Shown here: piece after piece, positions 1 through 11,707 of the stretch | How positions within the stretch are numbered: position 1 is the first letter of the stretch | How the letters are laid out: each line of letters opens with the position of its first letter | Source: Octopus vulgaris | Taxonomy: Eukaryota | Length of the DNA: 64,000 bases | Assembly: GCA_951406725.2 (NCBI GenBank) | Contig: OX597817.1 | Location: 141,856,001 to 141,920,000, forward strand | Direction: 5' to 3' | The notes under the pieces: model-generated | Databases searched by the model: none | Seen by the model: the letters and a program-made list of their open reading frames with translations, nothing else | Told to the model about the DNA's origin: nothing | Translations under genes and position numbers: made by a program

Positions 1-369
1 CATATATGTTAATTAGCAATAACACAAGCAGTCTGAGACCCCCTTCGGTCATAACACAGACCATGGGATTGCACCTAGAAAGTTACTCTCCCAGGCACGA
101 GTCCGGGCAAGGTTTTTTTATGGAAGACCATCAGTCGCCTATGCACACCGGCCTCCCCTCTCCACGCCACCAGTGTTATCCAAGGGAAAGGCAACAGCAG
201 ATACAGCTTGGCACCTGTGACGTCGAAGCTCATTTCTACTGCTGAGTAAACTGGAGCAACGTGAAATAAAGTGTCTTGCTCAAGAGCACAACATACGGCC
301 CAGTCCTGGATTCGAGCTCATAACCTAACAATCGTAAGCTCGACGCTCTAACCACTGAGCCATGCGCCT
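1..369 (-). mobile_element. tRNA-derived SINE with CORE-like segment (family C in this window)
   Basis: Minus strand reads AGGCGCATGGCTCAGTGGTTAGAGCG (A box)...CTCGAATCC (B box), then CTTGAGCAAGACACTTTATTTCACGTTGCTCCAG; related segments at 31810-32120, 37470-37775 and 60670-60960. Confidence 0.75.
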
Positions 370-669
370 TCACTAAAGGTTCCAGCGAGTTACGAACACA
401 AGCAGTAATGTATTTGAAACCGCTTTGAGTATACGTTATACTATAGTGTTACCCGTTTTATGACGGGTAACTTTGGTAATATCATTTTGCCAACATGTAG
501 AATATCAGGAGATATTACTTACAACTTAACTTTTAGCAAATTTCTTGATAATCATAAATACTCTAAAAACAAAATATTTAATTACCCTGTTATTTATTAA
601 TATTTTTCCGCCATCTTAGGTTCTCCCTCTCTCTCTCTCTCTCTCTCTCTCCCTCTCTATCTTTCTCTC

Positions 670-716
<47 letters not shown>

Positions 717-753
717 TCTTTATGTATTGCCTCCCACAAGAGGACGTTTGTCT

Positions 754-2020
754 AAGGTGCTACACAGAGTGACTGAAACCAGAACGTTGTTGTTGGGAAG
801 CAATCTTACCACACGGACACACGTTTCTGGGTTTTACACACCGGGTTGAAATTCTGCCAAGGTGAACAATGGCATTTTTCAGGAATCGATAAAGTTAGTT
901 ACCGGTCAATCAGTGGCGTTAGTGGATGATATCCACTAGCCACCGCCTACAAAAGCTACCGTCCTTCTAACTAAATTAAAAACAATTGCATATCATATGT
1001 GTATTTATGAGACGCGTGACAGGCAAAGCTTTTCGATGTCATACGATTCTCTTCCTTCTCAGTCTAGGTTTCCGTGGCTGCTCTATACGGGAAAAAAGAG
1101 AATGCTTTTACGGAAATAACGTACAGGAAAGTTTTTTCATGCTTCGACGCGGGAAAAGTCTAACTCATACAGTCTCGGCGTTTCGGCCAACCTGTTCAGT
1201 TGAGAGTCGAGCGAACGAGCTCATCCTCAAGGATACTCATCAATCCAACAAAGGACTGACTCAGCATATGGGTTGCTCCCATGATACCGTCGCCTGTAAC
1301 CCTCATGCGAGGGTGTAAAATGTGGATTAAAAAGATGGAAAATAAAATAAATCTAATTTATCGATCAGACCTATATATATATATATATAATTACAAATTG
1401 AGATAGGGGTTGTGAGTGCAACCCAGCATGGGATAATATGTATCCAATATATATTCACTTATACATACTGTACTTATTATATCTTATTACTCATTGATGT
1501 GCATTGTTTTGTTCTATATTATTAATGTTCATATGTGGTGGTTTAATAAATTATGTGATTGGGTATTATCTGGTAGTTGATGATTGATTAAGATGTATTT
1601 CTCCATTTCCTTATTTTGTATATATATATATAGGCGCAGGAGTGGCTGTGTGGTAAGTAACTTGTTTACCAACCACATGGTTCCGGGTTCAGTCCCACTG
1701 CGTGGCACCTTGGGCAAGTGTCTTCTACTATAGCCTCGTGAGTGGATTTGGAAGACGGAAACTGAAAGAAGCCCGTCGTATATATGTATATATATATGCG
1801 TGTGTGTGTTTGTCCCCCTAGCATTGCTTTACAACCGATGCTGGTGTGTTTATGTCCCCGTTACTTAGCGGTTCGGCAAAAGAGACCGATAGAATAAGTA
1901 CTGGGCTTACAAAAGAATAAGTCTCGGGGTCGAGTTGCTCGATTAAAGGCGGTGCTCCAGCATGGCCGCAGTCAAATGACTGAAACAAGTAAAAGAGTAA
2001 AAGAGTATATATATATATAT
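754..2020 (+). repeat. Copy 1 of a ~1.25 kb local duplication (copy 2 at 5541-6790)
   Basis: Colinear from AAGGTGCTACACAG..GACTGAAACCAGAACG to the SINE tail, with scattered substitutions and small indels. Confidence 0.9.
1633..2005 (+). mobile_element. tRNA-derived CORE-type SINE (family A, octopus OR/OK-like)
   Basis: GGCGCAGGAGTGGCTGTGTGG A box, GGTTCAGTCC B box, CCTTGGGCAAGTG CORE-like motif, tail ending (GTAAAAGA)n; many copies in the window. Confidence 0.85.
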
Positions 2021-5000
2021 ACCGAAAACTTTACACAAAAATTTTCCGAAAATTTTCAGCGAAAATTTTCCCCCAAAATTTTTCGAAAATTTCACCCAAA
2101 AATTTCCGAAAATTTTCACCGAAAATTTTTCAAGAATTATTCGAAAATTTTCACTGAAAATTTTACCCAAAAATTTTTCGAAAATTTTCACTGAGAAGTT
2201 TCCCCAAAAATTTTTCGAAAATTTTACCCAAAATTTTTCGAATATTTTACCCAAAAATTTTTTGAAAATGTTCAGCGAAAATTTCACCCAAAAATTTTTG
2301 GAATATTTTCCCCAAAAATGTTTCGAAAATTTTACCGAAAAATTTTTGGAAAATTTTCACCGAAAATGGCCTGCCATACTCTTTCGAAAATTTTTGTCGA
2401 AAATTTTCTCCAAAAATTTTTCGAAAAGTTTCTTTCAAAAATTTTTCGAAAAGTTTCCTCAAAAATTCTTCGAAAATTTTCCCCAAAAATTTTTCGAAAA
2501 TTGGCACCGCTGGCTTTCCAATACTTTGTGATTTGGGCACCGCTGGCCTTCCATACTTTGTGATTTTGGCACCGCTGGCCTTCCATACTTTTTCGAAAAT
2601 TTTTGTCGAAAATTTTCCCCAAAAATTTTTCAAAATTTTTCACTGAAAATTGTTACCAGAAATTATTCGAAAATTGTCACGGAAAATTTTCCCCAAAAAT
2701 TTGTCGACAATTTTCACGGAAACTTTCACGTAAAAAGGTTTAGAAAATTTTCACCGAAAATTTCACCAAAAAATTTTTCGAAAATGTTTACCGAGAATTT
2801 TCCACAAAAATTTTTCAAAAATTTTTCGAAAATTTTCACCGAAAATTTGCCCCAAAAATATTTCGACAATTTTCACCGAAGATTTCACCTAAAAAGTTTT
2901 CTAGAATTTTCCCCAAAAATTTTTAGATGTTCACCGAAAATTTTAGGCAAATAATTTTCGAAAATTTTGCGAAAATTTTACCTAAAAAGTCTTCGAAAAT
3001 TTTCCCGAAAATTTTCCCCAAAAATTTTTCGAAAATTTTCACCAAAAATTTTACCGAAAAATTTTTCCAAAATTTTCACCGAAAATTTTCCACAAAAATT
3101 TTTCGAAAATGTTCACCGAAAATTTTCCCCCAAAATTTTTCGAAAATTTTCACGGAAAATTTCACCTAAAAAGTTTTCGAAAATTTTCGTTGAAAATTTT
3201 CCCCGAAAATTTTTCGAAAATGTTCACCGAAAATTTTACCCAAAATTTTTCGAAATTTTCACCAAAACTTTTTCGAAAGTGTTCACCGAAAATTTTCACA
3301 GACAATTTTCCCAAAAATTTTTAGAAAATGTTCACCCAAAATTTTACCCAAAAGTTTTTCGAAAATTTTTGACTGAAAATTTCACCCAAAAATTTTTGGA
3401 ATATTTTCCCCAAAAATGTTTCGAAAATTTTACCGAAAAACTTTTGGAAAATTTTCACCGAAAGTTTTACCCAAAAATTTTCACCAACAATTTTTCGAAA
3501 ATTTTTGCGGAAAATTTTCCACAAATTTAAAAAAAATTTTTCGAAAATTTACACCGAAAATTTTGTCCAAAATTTTTCGAAAAGTTTTACCGAAAACTTT
3601 CCTAAAAATTTTTCGAAAATGTTCACCGAAAATTTTACGCAAATACTTTTCGAAAATTTTGCGAAATTTTACCTAAAAAGTTTTCGAAAATTTTCACTGA
3701 AAATTTTACTCAAAAATTTTTCGAAAATGTTCACCGAAAATTTTACCCAAAAGTTTTTCGAAAATTTTCACCGAAAATTTTCCCCAAAAATTTTTCGAAA
3801 ATATTCACCGAAAATTCACCTAAAAAGTTTTCGAAATTTTCATTGAAAATTTTCCCAAAAATTTTCGAAAATTTCACCGAAAATTTTGCCCAAAAATTTT
3901 TGGAAATTTTCACCAAAACTTTATCGAAAATGTTCACCGGAAATTTTCACCGAAAATTTTCCGCAAAAATTTTTAGAAAATTTTTACCGAAAACTTCACC
4001 TAAAAAGTTTTCGAAAATTTTCATTGAAAATTTTCCCAAAAATTTTTCGAAAATGTTCACCGAAAATTTTACCCAAAAATTTTTCGAAATTTTCACCAAA
4101 ACTTTTTAGAAAATGTTCACCGAAAATTTTCACAGACAATTTTCCCCAAAAATATTTAGAAAATGTTCACCGAAAATTTTACGCAAATACTTTTCGAAAA
4201 TTTTGTGAAAATTTTACCTAAAAAGTTTTCGAAAACTTTCACAGAAAATTTTACCCAAAAATTTTTCGAAAATGTTCACCCAAAATTTTACCCAAAAGTT
4301 TTTCGAAAATTTTCACTAAAAATTTCACCCAAAAATTTTTGGAATATTTTCCCCAAAAATTTTACCGAAAAACTTTTGGAAAATTTTCACCGAAAGTTTT
4401 ACCCAAAAATTTTCACCAACAATTTTTCGAAATTTTTTGCGGAAAATTTTCCACAAAAATTTTTTAAAAATTTTTCGAAAATTTACACCGAAAATTTTGT
4501 CCAAAAATTTTTCGAAAAGTTTTACCGAAAACTTTCCCTAAAAATTTTTCGAAAATTCTCACCGATAATTTTCCTCAAAAATTCTTCGAAAATTTACAGC
4601 GAAAATTTTCCACAAAAATTTTTCGAAAATTTTCCACAAAGATTTGTCCAAAATTATCACCCAAAATTTTCCCAGAAAATTTGTCGAACATTTGCACCGC
4701 TGGCTTTCCCTACTTTGTGATTTGGGCACCGCTGGCCTTCCATACTTTATGATTTTGGCACCGCTGGCCTTCCATACTTTTCGACAATTTTCACCGAAGA
4801 TTTCACCTAAAGAGTTTTCTAAAATTTTCCCCAAAAATCTTTAGAAAATGTTCACCGAAAATTTTACGCAAATACTTTTGGAAAATTTTCACCGAAAATT
4901 TTACCTAAAATGTTTTCGAAAATTTTCACTGTAAATTTTACTCGTAAATTTTTCGAAAATGTTCACCGAAAATTTTACCCAAAAGTTTTTCGAAAATTTT

Positions 5001-5535
5001 CACCGAATATTTTCCCCAAAAATTTTTCGAAAATATTCACCGAAAATTCACCTAAAAAGTTTTCGAAAATTTTCATTGAAAATTTTCCCCAAAAATTTTC
5101 GAAAATTTTCACCGAAAATTTTGCCCAAAAATTTTTGGAAATTTTCACCAAAACTTTATCGAAAATGTTCACCGGAAATTTTCACCGAAAATTTTCCCCA
5201 AAAATTTTTCGAAAATTTTCCCCAAAAATTTTTCGAAAATTTTCCCCGAAAATTTTTCGAAAATTTTCCCCAAAAATTTTCCACATAAATTTTTCGAAAG
5301 TGTTCACCAAAAATCTTTCCCCTAAATTTCTCGAAAATTTTACCTAAAATTTGTTGAAGGTGCTACACAGAGTGACTGAAACCACAACGTTGTTGTTGGG
5401 AAGCAAAAATTTGCACCAAAATTTTTTCCCAAAAATTTTCCCCAAAAATTTCCCCCGAAAATTTTCCCCCAAAATTTTTCGAAAATGTTCACCAAAAATC
5501 TTTCCCCTAAATTTTTCGAAAATTTTACCTAAAAT
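2021..5535. repeat. Degenerate A4T4-rich satellite (about 12-bp subunits, about 37-bp higher-order unit)
   Basis: Continuous reiteration of TTTTCGAAAA / TTTTCACCGAAAA / TTTTACCCAAAAA. Confidence 0.9.
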
Positions 5536-5540
5536 TTGTT

Positions 5541-6763
5541 GAAGGTGCTACACAGTGACTGAAACCAGAACGTTATTGTTGGGAAGCAATCTTACCACAC
5601 AGCCACGCGTTTCTGGATTTTACACACCGGGTTGAAATTCTGCCAAGGTGAAAGTGGCATTTTTCAGCAATCGATAAAGTTAGTTACCGGTCAATCAGTG
5701 GCGTAAGTGGATTATATCCACTAGCCACCGCCTACAAAAGCTACCGTCCTTCTAACTAAATTAAAAACAATTGCATATCGTATGTGTATTTATGAGACGC
5801 GTGACAGGGAAAGCTTTTCGATGTCATACGATTCTCTTCCTTCTCAGTCTAGGTTTCCGTGGCAGCTCTATACGGGAAAAAAGAGAATGCTTTTACGGAA
5901 TTAACGCACAGGACAGTTTTTTCATGCTCCGACGCGTTTTCGGCGTTTCGGCCAACCTGTTCAGTTGAGAGTCGAGTGAACGAGCTCATCCTCAAGAATA
6001 CTTATCAATCCAACAGGGGAGAGATTCAGTATATGGGATGCTCCCATGATACTGTCGCCTGTAACCCTCATGTGAGGGTGTAAAATGTGGATTAAAAAGA
6101 TGGAAAATAAAAAAAATCTAATTTTTGTGAGTGCAACCCAGCATGGGATAACATGTATCCAATATATATTCACTTATACATACTGTACATATTGTATCTT
6201 ATTACTCATTGATGTGCATTGTTTTGTTCTATATTATTATGTCTGACCTTAATGTTCATATGTGGTGGTTTAATAAATTATGTGATTGGGTATTATCTGG
6301 TAGTTGATGATTGATTAAGATGTTTTTCTCCATTTCCTTATTTTGTATATATATATATATAGGCGCAGGAGTGGCTGTGTGGTAAGTAGCTTGTTTACCA
6401 ACCACATGGTTCCGGGTTCAGTCCCACTGCGTGGCACCTTGGGCAAGTGTCTTCTACTATAGCCTCGTGAGTGGATTTGGTAGACGGAAACTGAAAGAAA
6501 CCCGTCGTATATATGTATATATATATATGCGTGTGTGTGTTTGTGTGTTCGTGTTGTCCCCCTAGCATTGCTTGACAACCGATGCTGGTGTGTTTATGTC
6601 CCCGTTACTTAGCGGTTCTGCAAAAGAGACCGAAAGAATACGTACTGGGCTTACAAAAGAATAAGTCCCGGGGTTGAGTTGCTCGATTAAAGGCGGTGCT
6701 CCAGCATGGCCGCAGTCAACTGACTGAAACAAGTAAAAAAGTAAAAGAGTAAAAGAGTATATA

Positions 6764-6790
<27 letters not shown>
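5541..6790 (+). repeat. Copy 2 of the ~1.25 kb local duplication
   Basis: Colinear with 754-2020. Confidence 0.9.
6362..6757 (+). mobile_element. SINE family A
   Basis: Same head, CORE-like motif and tail as 1633-2005; shares the same internal deletion (GCCTC|GTGAGTGG). Confidence 0.85.
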
Positions 6791-6807
<17 letters not shown>

Positions 6808-6808
<1 letters not shown>

Positions 6809-6970
6809 GACCGCGTGGCAATTCTTTTCCTCCGATTCCCTGGATCTTTCCTTTTCGTAGTTTCTGATGAAGTGCTCCACTTGAAATGTTAAATCCTGCT
6901 TCTTTCTTTCCTTTCCTGAGCGTCCAATAACATTATACTTGTCCCACGTCCTCGCGTTGTTGTGCTTTTT
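6808..6970 (+). mobile_element. PLE terminal-repeat-like fragment with degenerate minimal hammerhead
   Basis: TTT CTGATGA AGTGCTCCACTT GAAA TGTT AAA at 6861-6893; homologous to 10060-10250, 10285-10465 and 32420-32600. Confidence 0.55.
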
Positions 6971-7725
6971 TCAAAATTTTTCCCCAAAATTTTAAAAAAT
7001 TTCTCCTAAATTTTTGAAAATTTTCACCGAAAATTTTACCTAAAAATTTTCACCAACAATTTTTCGAAAATTTTTGCCGAAAATTTTACCCAAAAGTTTT
7101 CCGAAAAAACCGAAATTTTTCCCAAATATTTTTCGAAAATTTTTACCGAAAACTTAACACAAAAATTTTCAACAGCAATTTTTGGAAAATTTTTGCCGAA
7201 AATTTTACCCAAAAATTTTCCGAATATTTTCACGGAATACCCAAAAAGTTTTCGAAAATTTTCACAGAAATCTTTACCCAAAAATTTTCCGAAAATTTTC
7301 AGCGAAAATTTCACCTAAAAATTTTCCGAAAATTTTCACCGAAAATTTTCCCCCAATATTTTTCGAAAATTTCAGCTAAAAAGTTTTCGAAAATTTTCAC
7401 CGAAAATTTTCCCCAGTATTTTTCGAAAATTTTAACCAAAAATTTTTCGAAAATTTTCACCGAAAGTTTTAACAAAAATTTTCACCAACAATTTTTCGAA
7501 AATTTTTGCCAAAAATTTTCCACAAAAATTTAAAAAAAAATTTTTCGAAAATTTTCCTCAATAATTCTTCGAAAATTTATAGTGAAAATTTTCCCCAAAA
7601 ATTTTTCGAAAATTTTCCACAAAAATTTGTCCAAAATTTTCACCCAAAATTTTCCCCAAAAATTTTTCAAAAATTTTCACTGAAAATTTTACCCGAAATC
7701 TTTTCGAAAATTTTCACCGAAAATT
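6971..7725. repeat. Second block of the A4T4-rich satellite
   Basis: Same subunits as 2021-5535. Confidence 0.9.
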
Positions 7726-8020
7726 GCAATGGCCCAGTAGTCAGGGCAGCGGAATCGCGACCGCCGGGTCGCGGTTTCGATTCCCAGATCGGGCTTTGTG
7801 AGTGTTTATTGAGCGAAAACACGTAAAAGGTCCACGAGGCTCCGGCAGGGGGTGGTAATCTCTGCTCTACTCTTTCACCACTCTTTCTCCCACTCTTTTT
7901 TCTGTTGGCCTGCTCGCTTAGCCAGTGGGGTGGCGTCATTCGAAAGCTAAATCAATGCGAACGCATTGTGAAAAGCGATGTGTAACAACATCTGATGGTC
8001 TGGTCGGACACGTAATCACG

Positions 8021-8022
<2 letters not shown>
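7726..8022 (+). mobile_element. tRNA-derived SINE (family B)
   Basis: GCAATGGCCCAGTAG A box, GGTTTCGATTCCC B box; related copies at 32895-33055 (-) and 62760-62922 (+). Confidence 0.8.
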
Positions 8023-8081
<59 letters not shown>

Positions 8082-8740
8082 CATATACATATTCGCATAC
8101 ATACGTAGTGAAACCACTATTTAATATCTGATGTTGCTCAGAGTGGATGAATTTTCAATATGAAAAATTCAGTCTTGTCTCGGTGTTGCCCTTCGCAGTT
8201 CACGAGGACAAGTTTCTATAGCAGGGCTCAGAATAGATTGCTAAGTTTTGGTCTAATAAATATATTTGCCGCTCCCCTTTTTGTTTGTTAGTATTCGTCT
8301 GTAAATACAAAAAGGTTGGATATCTGAAAGTAAATGACCCTGAAACAAAAATAACACATGTAATATTTCCCCCCCGCTTTATATTATATAGTGATTCTAG
8401 AGTACGGTCTCTAAATTTCTTTGAACAGTCCTTGTATGTATAATGCCAGATAAATGTTGGTCGCTGGGCTTTCACTCAGCTTTTCTCTATTTCTGCATGA
8501 AAGAGTCAATGAAATCACCGATCCCGCCCGTAGCGACTTCATCAGGGGAAGAAAGGAGAAACGAATAAGATTCGAGTAAAATGTCCGACAATCGTTTTAT
8601 TTATCGATTATGTTATAATCAGTATAATCTCGTTTAATACACAATTATTGCTTATTTACGGAGTTGCTCCCTTACCAATGTAGATAGCAAGACCAAGAAG
8701 ATTACAGCTGTTTCCTTGCATTCTACTTTTTTTGCGTATT

Positions 8741-9134
8741 TACTCTTTACTCTTTTACTATATTTCTTGTTTCATTCATTTGACTGTGGCGATGCTAGAG
8801 TACCGCCTTTAAGTCGAGCACATTGACCCTAGGATTTATTATTTTTAAGCCTAGTACTTATTCTATCGCTGTCTTTTACCGAACTGCTAAGTTACGGTTG
8901 TCAAGCGGTGTTGGGGAGGCAAACACAGACACACAAACATATACAAACACGCACATATATATATCTATCTACGACGGGCTTCTTTCAGTTTCCGTCTACT
9001 AAATCCACTCACAAGGCTTTGGATGGCCCGAGGCTATAGAAGACGACACCTGCCCAAGATGCCACGCAGTGGGACTCAACCTGGAACCATGTAGTTCGTA
9101 AGCAAGCTACTTACCACAAAGACACTCCTACGCC
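8741..9134 (-). mobile_element. SINE family A
   Basis: Reverse complement of the 1633-2005 family. Confidence 0.85.
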
Positions 9135-9501
9135 TATTTGTACACGTTTCTATGATTTCTGATCTATTGAAAGACTTTATACAATTTCTTAAACGTTTTC
9201 ATATATCGAAGCATTCATACTGGTCATAGCGACAAATCTGATCGTGACAGTGTAGATATTCTAATAATAAACACTGATAAATAGGAGACATTTGGTCGAC
9301 GATTTCACAGAATTATTGCCATAGGCAGGGTAATGTGGTAGGAACAGACATACCTCTATGTTTAAAAGCTTGCTTTGGACTCCATCGTTTCAGATTCAGT
9401 CAGACTTCGTGGCACTGGGTAATTGTCTATATTCACTAACTTGCGAATAAATCTGGAACGCAAAAACTGTGTGGAAGACCACCTAATATTTGTGTGTAAA
9501 T

Positions 9502-9583
<82 letters not shown>

Positions 9584-9587
<4 letters not shown>

Positions 9588-10020
9588 ACAACATTAGGGA
9601 GTATATCCAAACTTACAGGGAAAAATTAGATTTAGGATTAAATCAAATTTCACAGTATAAATATAACTTTATATAAATAAGGATAGCATCGATATTTAAA
9701 ATACCGATCTTATCAGGTGTCCAGCATGGGAATAAAAAACTTTCAAATGTAATAATTATTTAAAATTATAATTTAGGATATATAAGAGATACCTCCACGC
9801 TGGAAATAACAGTCAAATCTTGACTCTAAAACCACATTAAGTGTCCATACAGCACGATACAAAATATACTAGTAATCATCCAGTATTTTTTTGCTAGTTT
9901 ATTTTGTCTCTTTGTCTTCTTTCCTGGTGCTGTATGAACATTTAATGTGGTCTTAGAATCAAATTTTGACTGCTATTTCCAGCGTGGAGATATCTCTTAG
10001 ATACCCTAAATTATAATTTT
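9584..10020. mobile_element. Fold-back element between TA/CA tracts (arms ~9761-9856 and ~9925-10020)
   Basis: Imperfect ~95-bp inverted repeat; same family at 54098-54445. Confidence 0.7.
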
Positions 10021-10330
10021 ATACACACACACACACATATGTGTGTGTGTGTGTATTTCAAAATGTAACCAACAGCGAATCGTAGATTTTCTTTTCTCCG
10101 TCTTCCTTTTCTATTTAACTTTCCTTTGTTTCAGAAGAAGAGCTTTGCTCGAAACATGACACCACCTTTCTTTCCTTCCTTGATCCTCTGCTAATACTTT
10201 ACATGTACCACGTGCTCGCGTTGTTGTCTTTTTTGTGTTCTTGTTTGTTCTTTTTAGTGAGGATTTATATATGAATATATGGCCATTTTTTCTTCCGTCT
10301 TCCCTTCCTTAGATCATTCCTTTTCCTATG

Positions 10331-10363
10331 TTTCTGACGAAGAGCTCCGCTTGAAACGTTAAA
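10331..10363 (+). ncRNA. Minimal hammerhead ribozyme motif in a PLE-like terminal repeat
   Basis: TTT CTGACGA A GAGC-TCC-GCTT GAAAC GTT AAA; palindromic stem III AACGTT; stem I weak. Confidence 0.55.
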
Positions 10364-11158
10364 TCCTTCTTCTTGCCTTTTCTGAGTGTCCAATAACACT
10401 ATACTTGTTCCACGTCTTCGCGTTGTTGTGTTTTCTCCTTGTGTTTTCATGTTTGGATTAACTATATATATATATAATCTTTCCCAAGTGATGCCCCAGC
10501 ACCGTCGCAGTCCAGTATCTGAAAGAACTAAAATACAAGCAGTAAAAGAATATAGTCTGCGATGCGTGTTAGTACCGTCATTTCATATTCCATTCTTGCA
10601 AATAGTAATGTCTACGCAATGCTCATGTGCAGCTAGAATCAAACATTATGTTTCTGCTTATAGCACAGATTATTTCCGCTATTGTTAGCTTTTACACTGG
10701 TTTACTTCCTGTCTAACGAGCTTTGCGAGTTATTGGCCATTGAGTGATTATGTCGGTTCTCTCATGTTTTTAGAAATCGAATTTCACTTTTGTATTTAGT
10801 TTTCCAAATATTTTAGTCTTTATTTTTTTCTCATCTGTATCTCTTATTCCATTGTAGCTGATTTCCTGTTTGTGTTTTGTCGTTTCCTTGTATAAAATAA
10901 ATATTTTTGCAAAAATTGATTCCATATATTTTCATCAGCTTCCGAGCATCATAATAATTCATTTTTTGCAATACATTATGAATCGACTATCGACAGCTAC
11001 AAGTTCGCCACTGCGAAGATGTGAGAAATACTGACGAATGCCAACTTACAGATTCTGAAGAATCCAAATTGTAGAAGGTGTTAAGAGCTGAAGGTGACTA
11101 GTCGGAGCTTCTTCGCCGTGTATTTGAGGAAATCCTATATCTGGCTAGTTTACTGAAC

Positions 11159-11226
<68 letters not shown>

Positions 11227-11342
11227 GTACTGTAAATTCAGGGTGAATACTTGATAAGTGTAAGTACGTCTATATGCCAGATAGTGGCAGAGGTGAGAGA
11301 GAATATATCAAATAAAATGAAAAACAGAATACAAAGGATATC

Positions 11343-11433
11343 GCGGTACACGTGGTTCAAGCTTTATAAACAACCCGTTCTTACATCAGTGTATAATTGA
11401 CATAAAAGATGATTTAAAGCTCTCTTCAGCCGC
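11343..11433 (-). ncRNA. Type I hammerhead motif with long stem II, one core substitution
   Basis: Minus strand: GCGG CTGAAGA GAGCTTTA...TAAAGCTT GAA[C]C ACGT GTA CCGC. Confidence 0.6.
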
Positions 11434-11707
11434 AAACATTGTTATTCCAAAGCGTTACATCACACTATAAAAAATATGAAAAGTATACTCTTACTCTTTT
11501 ACTCTTTTACTTGTTTCAGTCATTTGACTGCGGCCATGCTGGAGCACCGCCTTTAGTCGAGCAAATCGACCCCGGGACTTATTCTTTGTAAGCCCAGTAC
11601 TTATTCTATCGGTCTCTTTTGCCGAACCGCTAAGTGACGGGGACGTAAACACACCAGCATCGGTTGTCAAGCAATGCTAGGGGGACAAACACAAACACAC
11701 ACACATA

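Noticed and set aside
448-471. 9-bp hairpin resembling a Helitron 3' end
   Set aside because: Terminal motif is not a clean CTRR and no 5' end was found
1170-1210. Minus-strand CTGAACA..GAAACGCC hammerhead-like string
   Set aside because: Two core mismatches and stem I out of register
986-1318. 110-aa ORF partly repeated at 5771-6083
   Set aside because: Repeated only because of the local duplication; frame differs between copies and no domain recognised
2502-2590. 31-bp repeats suggesting a CRISPR array
   Set aside because: Directly tandem with no unique spacers, no cas genes, eukaryotic context
1943-7826. Many K/F/I/N-rich ORFs in all frames
   Set aside because: Translations of a stop-poor satellite; no protein signal
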